Shown one piece after another: positions 45,071-54,266 of a stretch of DNA of 64,000 bases. Position numbers and translations under genes: made by a program. The notes under the pieces were generated by a model, which was not told the origin of the DNA, made no database searches, and worked only from the letters and a program-made list of their open reading frames with translations. Origin of the DNA: a virus; IMG/VR virus record IMGVR_UViG_3300045971_000356, positions 102,303 to 166,302 of that record; one strand, written 5' to 3'. How positions within the stretch are numbered: the first letter of the stretch is position 1; the number at the start of each line of letters is the position of its first letter.

Positions 45071-45361
45071 ATGGCCAAAGTAACGCATGACCTTGACGAG
45101 CGGTTAGCCCCGCTTGTTGAGGAGTGCACCCCTCTCCGCATTGTGATTACAAGCAAGGTGGCTGGTGATAAATATTACCTGCACTTTGACGGTACAAAGT
45201 CATATGACGATGTAGAAAAGTGGGACGATTATTGGATCAGTTTTGAATATTATATCTTACAGACTTTACACAAGCACAGTATAGTGGACAGAAAAGTGAT
45301 TGCACGTGGCAAAGGCACACTGGTAGTTTTTATTGGAACTTTGTTTGACTTTTTGAAATAA
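45071..45361 (+). CDS. Hypothetical protein
   Basis: ATG directly after the upstream stop. Confidence 0.6.
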   Translation: MAKVTHDLDERLAPLVEECTPLRIVITSKVAGDKYYLHFDGTKSYDDVEKWDDYWISFEYYILQTLHKHSIVDRKVIARGKGTLVVFIGTLFDFLK

Positions 45362-45402
45362 GTACACTATAATGGACAAGAAGCAACGTGCAACTCAAAT
45401 AA

Positions 45403-45792
45403 ATGATAATAAACGAAATAATAGATAAGGTATTTGCCAGACGATCTCTATTAGAAGATGCGTTTGTGACGGAAATGGCTAACTTTATAGCTGATGTAAC
45501 GGACTTGCCTGGTAATATTGTTATTTGGACCAAAACACAACCTGAAATGTTGCCACACGACAAATACAGGATGAAAATTTATAAGGATAGAATTCATTGC
45601 GCTACATACAGCATAGGTCAAACACCATCGTTGGCATGGGAAATTGGAAGAACTAAATTTAGGCTTGACGCATATGAAATTGGCGAAGTTAAGAAACTAA
45701 TCCAAGAATATTCAAGTTTATTCATTCAATATGTTGACGCAAAACTAACAGCAGACGAAGTAAAAATTGAAATCCAAAAATTGAAAAGATAA
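45403..45792 (+). CDS. Hypothetical protein, possible capsid-targeting tag
   Basis: MIINEII...LLE..VTEMAN. Confidence 0.6.
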   Translation: MIINEIIDKVFARRSLLEDAFVTEMANFIADVTDLPGNIVIWTKTQPEMLPHDKYRMKIYKDRIHCATYSIGQTPSLAWEIGRTKFRLDAYEIGEVKKLIQEYSSLFIQYVDAKLTADEVKIEIQKLKR

Positions 45793-45794
45793 TA

Positions 45795-45896
45795 ATGAAA
45801 TACCAATTTCCACATATCCACAATTTGGATCAAGTTTTACCTGTTGTTAAAGACCGGCCAGAATTCATCGTGTCTGAAAAGGACGGGCGCCACTAA
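45795..45896 (+). pseudogene. Relic original N-terminus of the Rnl1-like ligase
   Basis: 16/31 aa identical without gaps to the N-terminus at 46573. Confidence 0.85.
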
Positions 45897-46459
45897 TGTT
45901 GCCGCAATCTTGCATTTCGCTCACGTAAAGATGCCGCAATTTTTCCCCGTGTTTCAGCAGATACTGTATGCCCCATTTTTGATGCTGATATTTGAGCCTT
46001 CTTTTCTTCAGAATGTCTACATAATCTTACTTTAGCAGAAATGCCAGCCCTAACTTCAGCAGATCTATTTGCCCCTGCACGTGACTTCTTTGCGCGGGTC
46101 TCATCTGAAATAGGTGGTCTATTTTTAGCAGACTTAGACATTTTGATTCTTGTTTCTTCAGATATACCAGTTGCTCCTTCTCCTCCGTCAGTTCTGTTTG
46201 CGAGAATTCCAGTGTGTAAATCTTTTCGACCATGCCATTGAATCATTCTTCGCTCTATTGCAAATGCCCCAAGTTCAGTTAACCCAGTCTCAAGTATTAT
46301 GATCAATGATTTGTCTAACGGGATAGGAAAATATTTATGAGTTGTTATTGCTCTATTACCAGAACCCTTACCAATGTAATATGGAGTTCCTGCTTTGGCA
46401 GTTTTGGAATCTTTGTCACGCAAGTATGCGTAGACGTAATAAGTATTATTGCTGGACAT
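45893..46459 (-). CDS. GIY-YIG homing endonuclease with NUMOD3 repeats
   Basis: YYVYAYLR...PYYIGKG..R; NRTDGGEG; SEETR.KMS. Confidence 0.85.
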   Translation of the reverse strand: MSSNNTYYVYAYLRDKDSKTAKAGTPYYIGKGSGNRAITTHKYFPIPLDKSLIIILETGLTELGAFAIERRMIQWHGRKDLHTGILANRTDGGEGATGISEETRIKMSKSAKNRPPISDETRAKKSRAGANRSAEVRAGISAKVRLCRHSEEKKAQISASKMGHTVSAETRGKIAASLRERNARLRQH

Positions 46460-46515
46460 AAAAGCCTTTCGTCAGGTTGTTTAGAGTAGTTGGAACCGCC
46501 AAGTTCGCGAACTAC
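46450..46515 (-). ncRNA. Candidate structured leader of the HEG, copy 2
   Basis: TATAAATA then GTAGTT-CGC-GAAC-loop-GTTC-C-AACTAC-TCTAA-hairpin-CCAGCA. Confidence 0.6.
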
Positions 46516-46572
46516 ACTAATATTTATACAAATTTATTGACTCCACGACATTTATCGTATATAATTCTAACT

Positions 46573-47187
46573 ATGAAATATCAATTTGAACCAGCATCAC
46601 ACATAAGCGACTATTTGGCAGCAATCAAAGATCGTTCTGAATTTGTAGTCGTCGAAAAAGACGGCGGCTACACAGTCATAAATTATTTGGTCCAAATGGC
46701 CGATACTTTTCCAGACCCAGAGACTGCGTCTTCTCCAGAAGAACGTCGCAATTTTATTTTGCGTCGTGAATGTCGCGGAATTATTTTCAGCACTGCCACT
46801 GGTCATGTCATTGCAAAAAGATTGCACAAGTTTTTCAACGTAAACGAACGCGAGGAAACTCAAGTTGGCAAAGTTGATTTTTCTGAGCCACACGTGATCT
46901 TGGAAAAGTTGGACGGATCAATGATTACTCCAGTTTGGACGACCCTAGGCTTGCGTTGGGGAACAAAAATGGGTGTGACTATGGTTGCACTGCCAGTTGA
47001 AGAGTTTGTCGCAGAGCATCCAGAGTATGTGGATTTAGCAGAGCTATGCCGCGACAACAGATTAACCCCCATATTTGAGTGGACTTCCCGCAAGCAAACC
47101 ATCGTCATTGATTACCCAACAGACAATCTAGTATTGATTGCTATCCGCAATAATGTTACTGGGGAATATCTTCCTTACGACGAATGA
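46573..47187 (+). CDS. T4 Rnl1-like RNA ligase, N-terminal half
   Basis: RECRG, KFFN, EKLDGS, IFEW, LIAIRNN.TG.Y; promoter 46537-46565. Confidence 0.88.
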   Translation: MKYQFEPASHISDYLAAIKDRSEFVVVEKDGGYTVINYLVQMADTFPDPETASSPEERRNFILRRECRGIIFSTATGHVIAKRLHKFFNVNEREETQVGKVDFSEPHVILEKLDGSMITPVWTTLGLRWGTKMGVTMVALPVEEFVAEHPEYVDLAELCRDNRLTPIFEWTSRKQTIVIDYPTDNLVLIAIRNNVTGEYLPYDE

Positions 47188-47806
47188 TGGTTTTGAATAT
47201 GTGGTGTAATGCTGCTTCAGATATCGGAGCATTGTAAGAGATGATCTTTTTGTCGCGGCATTCTTTTATTACACTATCGTTTACAGTGGCATAATGTTCA
47301 AATATTTTATGCAGCAGGTTTTTAAGGCGAGTTTCCATAATATGGATAGTTTGCTGTGCTTTTTGCTCGCCACGCTTATGAGGTATTCCTTTATTCCACG
47401 GTATTTTTCCTATGTTTTTACCTATCATGCTGGCAGATATTTTACCTCTTGTAACGACAGTTTGAAAGACACGCCTAGGTGGGCGACTATTTTCGCAAAT
47501 GTTCATCAAAATACCATTTGCGTCATACCCTTTTCTGCCATAAATCTTAATCTGGGCTTCCTCTAAATCATATGCCGCGGTTTCACACATTCCTTCTTGA
47601 AACAACTGTATTACTGGTTCAATCCCTTTCCCCCTCAATGATTTGATTTTATCCTGCACTCTCTTAGATGATTTATTTCTGGACCTTCCTGTCATTAAAT
47701 GCGAGTCTGCTCTATTACCGCTTCCTTTTCCGACATAAAAAGGTTGACTTGTTGTTGGATCTAGTATAAAATACACATAATAGTTATTGTTCATTGTGAG
47801 CACCAT
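47156..47806 (-). CDS. GIY-YIG homing endonuclease splitting the RNA ligase
   Basis: YYVYFILDP...PFYVGKG..R...H; IPWNKG. Confidence 0.82.
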   Translation of the reverse strand: MVLTMNNNYYVYFILDPTTSQPFYVGKGSGNRADSHLMTGRSRNKSSKRVQDKIKSLRGKGIEPVIQLFQEGMCETAAYDLEEAQIKIYGRKGYDANGILMNICENSRPPRRVFQTVVTRGKISASMIGKNIGKIPWNKGIPHKRGEQKAQQTIHIMETRLKNLLHKIFEHYATVNDSVIKECRDKKIISYNAPISEAALHHIFKTIIRRKEDIPQ

Positions 47807-47828
47807 TCAAAGTTTATAAAGTATTTAT

Positions 47829-48425
47829 ATGATTACCATGAAATCGTTAGGTTTACAGTTCAAAATCCCCGTAGTGAAAGCATACAACGGTACCGCTGCT
47901 AACATGCAAGCACTGATCGACCAAGTTGGACCAATGGTGGGTTTGGAAGGCTTTGTGGTGCGGTTTGAGTCCGGGCACATGGTGAAAATCAAGGCTGAGG
48001 ACTACGTGCGTAAGCACAAGGCTAAAGACATGATTGGCCGTGAGAAGAACATTGTTGAACTGCTTGTAACAGAAAAGATGGACGATGTCAAGCCTTTCCT
48101 GGATGCTGTTGATCTTGCTCGTGTAAACGAGTTTGAAAAGCAGTTCTGGAACGGTGTAAAGGATGTCGGCTCTGAGTTGCTATTGCTGCGTGAATATGCT
48201 ACCACTCATAACCTTGACGGCGATCGCAAAACGTTCGCTAACGAGTTTGTGAAAAAGTTGGCACCGGTGATGGCGCGGTTTATGTACAAGATGTTTGACA
48301 AAACGGAAGACCCAATAGAGTTGTTGAAAACTGCTATATCGCAATCGTGCGGAACGCAAGTTAAAATCGACGAAGCACGTTGGATGTTCAAATGCAACTG
48401 GAACGGCAATGCCGTAGAGGAGTAA
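47829..48425 (+). CDS. T4 Rnl1-like RNA ligase, C-terminal half
   Basis: EGFVV (motif IV) and VKIKAEDY (motif V); candidate promoter 47744-47772. Confidence 0.85.
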   Translation: MITMKSLGLQFKIPVVKAYNGTAANMQALIDQVGPMVGLEGFVVRFESGHMVKIKAEDYVRKHKAKDMIGREKNIVELLVTEKMDDVKPFLDAVDLARVNEFEKQFWNGVKDVGSELLLLREYATTHNLDGDRKTFANEFVKKLAPVMARFMYKMFDKTEDPIELLKTAISQSCGTQVKIDEARWMFKCNWNGNAVEE

Positions 48426-48426
48426 G

Positions 48427-49293
48427 ATGTCCGCCAGGTTTAAGCCCAGCAGGCATTGGACTAGTTCAGACCTTGTTTCGTTTATACGGAACAAGGTCTT
48501 CGGTCTCTATAAACCCGTTGCGCTACAGTGGGGCGAGTGGGAGAAGTGGGAAAACGAAACACGCAGGAAAAGGCCCATCGCATATTTTGTGACTGAGGTG
48601 TTGCCTAAGTGGCTTGAAGTTATTCCAAACCATACTATCACGTATTACGAAGAGTTTAACACTTATTGGACGAATCGCAATGGCAATACCCATTGCTTGC
48701 CATCGCGGCTTAAAGTTGGCGAATACCACTCAATGGAGAATCGCATACTCCACAGTTTGTTTGACTCATTCGTTGATTTTATTGAAATAGATACAGCACA
48801 GCACTGTATTGCTTGGAATGAGAAGAAAAGCCTGGACAAATATAAAGTGCCGTGGCGGTATAGGATTGAATCGCTGTCATGGCTATTTGGTGTTTACCGT
48901 TGCCCGCAAGCAGGCATTGATCGTCTCAAATATGAAATGGGTTTTGGCAATGAGGACGCACCTAGCCTCGCGCCAGTTGACCCGATTACGTCAGAAATGG
49001 CCAGAGAACAAATGGCAATATACACATGGTGGAAAGAGATTCGTCCATCACGCGGTGAAGTTTGGCCAATCTCTGGGTTGGAGGCTTTTTGGGATGAGAT
49101 GGAAACAAAACACAAGATGAGTGAGGACACTAAATACTCGTGGATCACTGCTCGGAAAAACTTTACACCCGCCGAGAAGAAGAAATACGATGCTTGCGCT
49201 AATAAGAAAGATATGTTGGAACAGCAATGGGACGATGAAGACGATTTGATGATTGCCAGATTAATGAAAATACGGAGAAAATTATGGACCTAA
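48427..49293 (+). CDS. Hypothetical protein (Trp-rich)
   Basis: GAGGAG RBS; 288 aa. Confidence 0.8.
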   Translation: MSARFKPSRHWTSSDLVSFIRNKVFGLYKPVALQWGEWEKWENETRRKRPIAYFVTEVLPKWLEVIPNHTITYYEEFNTYWTNRNGNTHCLPSRLKVGEYHSMENRILHSLFDSFVDFIEIDTAQHCIAWNEKKSLDKYKVPWRYRIESLSWLFGVYRCPQAGIDRLKYEMGFGNEDAPSLAPVDPITSEMAREQMAIYTWWKEIRPSRGEVWPISGLEAFWDEMETKHKMSEDTKYSWITARKNFTPAEKKKYDACANKKDMLEQQWDDEDDLMIARLMKIRRKLWT

Positions 49294-49601
49294 GCAATGT
49301 TATTGATTATTTGATTATTGGTTTTATTGCGGCGTTAATTTGGAAATTTTTAACAAAGAACTCTTCTGAGTTAGAATCTATTAAAGAGGACTCTAAAAAA
49401 ATAGTGGTGCTAAACATCACTGAAGTTGACCAAATATTTTTGGTACACAAGTCTGATACAAAAGAGTTTGTATTTCAAACTAAAACGCTTGAAGAAATTT
49501 TACCAAAACTAAAAACAACATTTGTTGATACTCCGATTATGTTTATGAGTGATGATTTCAGATTGTTAGCGTTGTTTACGATGAACGAGGAGAAAAAATG
49601 A
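49284..49601 (+). CDS. Membrane-anchored hypothetical protein
   Basis: N-terminal TM segment. Confidence 0.65.
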   Translation: MDLSNVIDYLIIGFIAALIWKFLTKNSSELESIKEDSKKIVVLNITEVDQIFLVHKSDTKEFVFQTKTLEEILPKLKTTFVDTPIMFMSDDFRLLALFTMNEEKK

Positions 49602-50011
49602 TATCAGTGCAAAAACCAGCAGTGGGTATTTTGACTCAATATGAAAGCGAGTATGGGTCAATGTTTAAAGTCCCGTGCTCATGTGGATGTGATTCAGAAG
49701 TAGCATTTGATCTTGATATCGACGATGATACCAAACAAATCACTGCACATATTTACGCTACCACCAAAACCAATTACTGGCGTGAACGAGTTGAAGTAAC
49801 GTACAGAGAAAATTGGCTTGTTTTGGGAATTAAAACAGCAGTTAACGAGGTGTACAACCGCATCGCCATTGCGTACACCGCGTTAGTTAAAGGATACGTT
49901 CAAACTGAGTCCTATGTGATATTGTCAAGGCAGCAAGCGTTGAACTTGGCAAGCACTTTAGAGTCAGAAATAAAACGTATTACACCAGTTAGACGAGTTC
50001 GGGCTAAATAA
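49598..50011 (+). CDS. Hypothetical protein
   Basis: GAGGAG RBS; CSCGC motif. Confidence 0.7.
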   Translation: MISVQKPAVGILTQYESEYGSMFKVPCSCGCDSEVAFDLDIDDDTKQITAHIYATTKTNYWRERVEVTYRENWLVLGIKTAVNEVYNRIAIAYTALVKGYVQTESYVILSRQQALNLASTLESEIKRITPVRRVRAK

Positions 50012-50034
50012 TCTACACTATAGGAGACAATTAC

Positions 50035-50256
50035 TTGGCGAAAGAGGAAGGCATTAAATTTGATGGCACTGTAACTGAAGTGCTTCCAAATGCCACATTT
50101 AGGGTTGTTTTGAATGATACCCAGCATAAAATCATTGCTTACTTAGGCGGGAAACTGCGTCAACATACAATTAACGTATTGCTTGGCGACCGCGTTCAAG
50201 TTGAAATGTCAGTTTACGACAACACCAAAGGTCGAATCATTTACCGTAACCAGTAA
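50035..50256 (+). CDS. infA: Translation initiation factor IF-1
   Basis: AKEE.I...G.V.E.LPNATFRV.L...GK.R...I..L.GD.V.VE.S.YD..KGRI.YR; TTG start. Confidence 0.93.
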   Translation: MAKEEGIKFDGTVTEVLPNATFRVVLNDTQHKIIAYLGGKLRQHTINVLLGDRVQVEMSVYDNTKGRIIYRNQ

Positions 50257-50392
50257 CGCTTAACGCAGTTAGCGTTATCCATCCTTATTAGATAAATACT
50301 GCAATAAGGACGATTTTCTATGATTGCACGTAGAAAATCCTGTAAAACAAATCAAGATAAATACTTGATCAAACAGTAACTGGATAACATTA

Positions 50393-53300
50393 ATGGCACT
50401 TTTAACAATACCACCAACAGTAGACGTAGGGCTTGTACCTAATGACGGAACTGGACAACCGCTAAGAAATGCGTTTGTTACAGTAAATGAGGCAATTACC
50501 TCGTTAACACAGTTTATTACGGGCGGGCCAACGTTTACATCCGCGGAAGTAACGGGGCAACTAACAGTTTCCACTCTTACGTCGCAATCAGGAAATTACA
50601 CTGGAATTTTGTATGCTGGCGGAAACTTAGCTAGCACATCAAATAATACAGGGTCATTGCGTGTCGTTGGTGGTGCAGGCATATCAGGAAATGTATTTGT
50701 TGGTGGAGTTATTAACGGTGAGATTGTAAGTACAGGTATTACTGCTGATTCGTTATTAGTTAACGGCCCAGCTGAAATCACTGGTAATGTAATAACTGGA
50801 GCATTGAGTGTTGGCAGGGTTGGTGCCTTAGCAGACTTAGTTGTTACGCACAATGCTGAGATCTGGGGTGAGTTAACTGTACACGGCAACGTGGTTACGA
50901 TTCAAACGTCGGAGTTTAAAGTAGTCGACCCAGTCATTGAACTAGGTAAAGCACAAGACGCAGTATTGTCAAATAATGATGGTCGAGACCGTGGCTTATC
51001 TTTTTACTGGTATGATGAAGTTGCTGCCACGCAAAAACAAGGATTTTTTGGCTTTGAAAATGAAACCAGCGAGTTTACATTTCAGCCAAGTGTCACTATA
51101 GGTAACACCAATACATTCTCAGGCAGCTATGGTAACATTCGTGTTAACCAAATAACTGCCAACGTAATGTCCACTGGTACTAGTGAGTTTAACAATATTA
51201 ATGTAAGTAACATCACAGTATCAAATACAGTAACCGTAGCAAATGGATTAACAGTAGCTAATGGCATCACTGGCACTTTATTAACCGCAGCACAGCCAAA
51301 CATTACCTCGTTGGGAACGTTAAATGGTGTGGCGATTGCTGGTAATGTAACGGTAACTGTTGGGGATATTACAGTAGCGGCTGGTAAAACAATTTATGTT
51401 GGCGGTGTACCTGTTGCATTAAGTAGCGAAGCATTTCACGGCGGATCTGTACCGCTAAACACTCAATTTACGCAAAATACCGCATCAACATCAACTACGA
51501 CCGGAACTGTTACAGTAACTGGTGGTATTGGTGCAACTGGTAACGTAAACGTTGGTGGAAATGTAGCAGCCACTGGTGTTACTGCTACATCAGGATTCAC
51601 TGGTACGTTACTTACTGCTGACCAACCAAATATTACAACGGTTGGTACGTTGGGTAACTTAGCTATTTTTAACAACTTATCTACCTACTCAGCAAGTGCT
51701 AACAATATCACTGTAGCATCATATTTAAATGCTGCTAGCATTACTGCACAGGCAGGTGGTTTTACTGGCACGTTGATGACTAACGCTCAGCCAAACATCA
51801 ACACTGTTGGCACTCTATCCTCACTCAATGTCACAGGTAACATAACAACCGGTGCAGGACAATTTGTTGGCCCAGTGACTGGCAACGTAACTGGTAACGT
51901 TTCTGGGTCAGCATTAACTGTAACAGCTAATGCACAACCAGTAATCACTTCAGTTGGTACTTTAACTTCACTGGCAGTAACTGGCAATGTAGGCGCTGGT
52001 GGGTTTACTTCAAGTGTCGGGTCTATCAATGTTGGCGGAACTATTGTAGCAGGAAGTACAATAACTGGCACGTCATTGGTAGGCAACATAGCAACAGCAG
52101 CACAACCAGCAATCACCTCAGTTGGCCCGTTAACATCGTTGTCAGTGACTGGCAACACAACAGTTGGTGGGATTTTATCTACTGCTGGTGACATAATTAC
52201 AACTGGTGCTGGCACAAAAAATATCGGCACAACAGCAAATAAATTTGGAACTATTTTTTCAACTAGCATTGTTAACGCTGGATCAATTTCAGGTGCTGAA
52301 ATGACAGGTAATTTTAACGGTACCATTGGCAATAATTTACCAGCAAGTGGTACATTTACTAGCATTACTGTCAACGGGCAAGTAGAAAGCACTATTAGTG
52401 GATTTAAATTCCCTGACGGCACAATACAATCATCAGCAGGCGTATCTGGCTCAGGATCAGTTTCATACGCATCTACTGCGGGAGCAGTAACCAGCCAAGC
52501 AAACTCTGCAACTATTACCGCAGCATCAGCAAATGTTGCCTCACAAATTATATTGCGAGATAGCTCAGGTAATTTCTCTGCAGGTACAATGACAGGTAAT
52601 GTGGCAGGTAACGTAACTGGTAACGTAACTGGTAACGTAACTGGTAACGTAACTGGTAACGTAACTGGTAACGTGTCCGGCACAGCAGCTACAGTAACAG
52701 CAAATGCACAACCAGCCATTACAAGCGTGGGAACGCTAACAAGTTTGGGTGTAACTGGTACCGTCAATGCAGGAACATTTAGCGGCCCACTAAGTGGAGA
52801 CGTGTCAGGTAACGTCACTGGCAATGTCACTGGTAATGCAGACACTGCATCTAAATTCCTTACTGCTAAGGCAATTAACGGTGTTAACTTTGATGGATCT
52901 TCCCCAATAACTATTACTGCTAACGCAGCAACGCTATCTAGCAATACTCTTGCGTCTGGGGTAACAGTGTCAAGTTTAACCTCAGTGGGTGTTCTTACTT
53001 CATTGACTGTATCTGGCGTTATATCAGCGCAGGGCGGTGTTGCTGGCAATGTTACGGGTACTTCATCAAATGCTACCAACTTTAACGTAACAGACAATAA
53101 CGGAACTACGTTAACGTATTATCCCGTGATGTCAGTTGGAACATCAGGAAGCAACGCCGGGACAGTAGCTAGCAGCAAAATTAGTTTTGTTCCAAGTACA
53201 GGCACTTTGACAGCGACGAAGTTTGTTGGTGATGGGTCATCATTGACTAATGTGCCATATACGTCACTGGCAGGATCACCAGCAGGTAATGTAACAATTG

Positions 53301-54256
53301 GATCAACGACTATCAACCTTGGGTCTACTGTATCTGCATTGACTGGATTAACTTCCGTGACATCAGCAGCATTTAGCGGTCCATTGACTGGTGATGTAAC
53401 TGGTAATGTTTCTGGTAATGCTTTACATGTAACAGCAAATGCACAACCAGCCATTACAAGCGTGGGCACACTAACCTCCTTGACCGTTTCTGGTGCAGCA
53501 TTAGTCGGGACAGACTTAACCATTACTGGTAACTTGACGGTTAACGGTACGCAAACTACATTAAATGCGACTACTTTGTCAGTCAATGATTTACACATTG
53601 AGTTGGCAGTAGGTGCCGCTAGTGCGGCTGCGGCAAATACTGGTGGTATTCACTTACAAGGTGCTGGCGCAAATATTGTTTATGCTTCTGCAGACGACAG
53701 TTGGAACTCTAATAAGAAGTTCGTAGCAACTAGCTTTTACGGATCTGGTGTTGGGATAACTTCGATACCAAATAGTGCGACCACTGCTACCTCAGCGGCT
53801 GGGTTTAACACGATTGTTTCACGTGACGGATCTGGTAATTTTAGTGCTGGAACTATAACAGCAATAGCATCAAATGCAACATACGCCGACTTAGCAGAAA
53901 AATATCAGTCAGACGTTTATTATGAGCCAGGTACTGTTTTAGTATTTGGTGGCGAGTTCGACGTTACTATAGCAACATTATTTGCAGACACTGCGGTAGC
54001 AGGTGTAGTGTCAACTGCACCTGCGTACTTGATGAATAAAGACGAAGAGCGTTCAGTAGCGGTTGCATTACGCGGAAAGGTTTCAGTTAAAGTTGTTGGA
54101 CCAGTACGAAAAGGCGATTTGCTGGTAGCTAGCTCAACACCAGGGTATGCGGAAAGTGTTCATGGTGATGGTAGTCACGGCGTAGCGATTTTTGCTAAGT
54201 CAATGACTGAAGATTTAACAGAAGGTCAGAAGGTAATTTACGCAGTAATTCTATAG
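50393..54256 (+). CDS. Large tail fibre / baseplate-attached protein
   Basis: VG..PNDGTG..LR.AF N-terminus; AQPxITSxGTL and GNVT repeats; YADLAEKY...VALRG C-domain. Confidence 0.85.
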   Translation: MALLTIPPTVDVGLVPNDGTGQPLRNAFVTVNEAITSLTQFITGGPTFTSAEVTGQLTVSTLTSQSGNYTGILYAGGNLASTSNNTGSLRVVGGAGISGNVFVGGVINGEIVSTGITADSLLVNGPAEITGNVITGALSVGRVGALADLVVTHNAEIWGELTVHGNVVTIQTSEFKVVDPVIELGKAQDAVLSNNDGRDRGLSFYWYDEVAATQKQGFFGFENETSEFTFQPSVTIGNTNTFSGSYGNIRVNQITANVMSTGTSEFNNINVSNITVSNTVTVANGLTVANGITGTLLTAAQPNITSLGTLNGVAIAGNVTVTVGDITVAAGKTIYVGGVPVALSSEAFHGGSVPLNTQFTQNTASTSTTTGTVTVTGGIGATGNVNVGGNVAATGVTATSGFTGTLLTADQPNITTVGTLGNLAIFNNLSTYSASANNITVASYLNAASITAQAGGFTGTLMTNAQPNINTVGTLSSLNVTGNITTGAGQFVGPVTGNVTGNVSGSALTVTANAQPVITSVGTLTSLAVTGNVGAGGFTSSVGSINVGGTIVAGSTITGTSLVGNIATAAQPAITSVGPLTSLSVTGNTTVGGILSTAGDIITTGAGTKNIGTTANKFGTIFSTSIVNAGSISGAEMTGNFNGTIGNNLPASGTFTSITVNGQVESTISGFKFPDGTIQSSAGVSGSGSVSYASTAGAVTSQANSATITAASANVASQIILRDSSGNFSAGTMTGNVAGNVTGNVTGNVTGNVTGNVTGNVSGTAATVTANAQPAITSVGTLTSLGVTGTVNAGTFSGPLSGDVSGNVTGNVTGNADTASKFLTAKAINGVNFDGSSPITITANAATLSSNTLASGVTVSSLTSVGVLTSLTVSGVISAQGGVAGNVTGTSSNATNFNVTDNNGTTLTYYPVMSVGTSGSNAGTVASSKISFVPSTGTLTATKFVGDGSSLTNVPYTSLAGSPAGNVTIGSTTINLGSTVSALTGLTSVTSAAFSGPLTGDVTGNVSGNALHVTANAQPAITSVGTLTSLTVSGAALVGTDLTITGNLTVNGTQTTLNATTLSVNDLHIELAVGAASAAAANTGGIHLQGAGANIVYASADDSWNSNKKFVATSFYGSGVGITSIPNSATTATSAAGFNTIVSRDGSGNFSAGTITAIASNATYADLAEKYQSDVYYEPGTVLVFGGEFDVTIATLFADTAVAGVVSTAPAYLMNKDEERSVAVALRGKVSVKVVGPVRKGDLLVASSTPGYAESVHGDGSHGVAIFAKSMTEDLTEGQKVIYAVIL
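52607..52674 (+). repeat. 12-bp tandem repeat (GGTAACGTAACT) x5 plus a partial copy, encoding GNVT
   Basis: Perfect in-frame repeat. Confidence 0.9.
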
Positions 54257-54266
54257 GAATACATTT

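Noticed and set aside
46460-46480. Hammerhead ribozyme suggested by CTGACGA on the minus strand
   Set aside because: No stem II followed by GAAA, and the heptamer is absent from the second leader copy
35160-53598. Long antisense ORFs (35976-37025, 51787-53097 and others)
   Set aside because: Shadows of Thr/Gly/Val-rich fibre genes with no RBS or recognisable motifs
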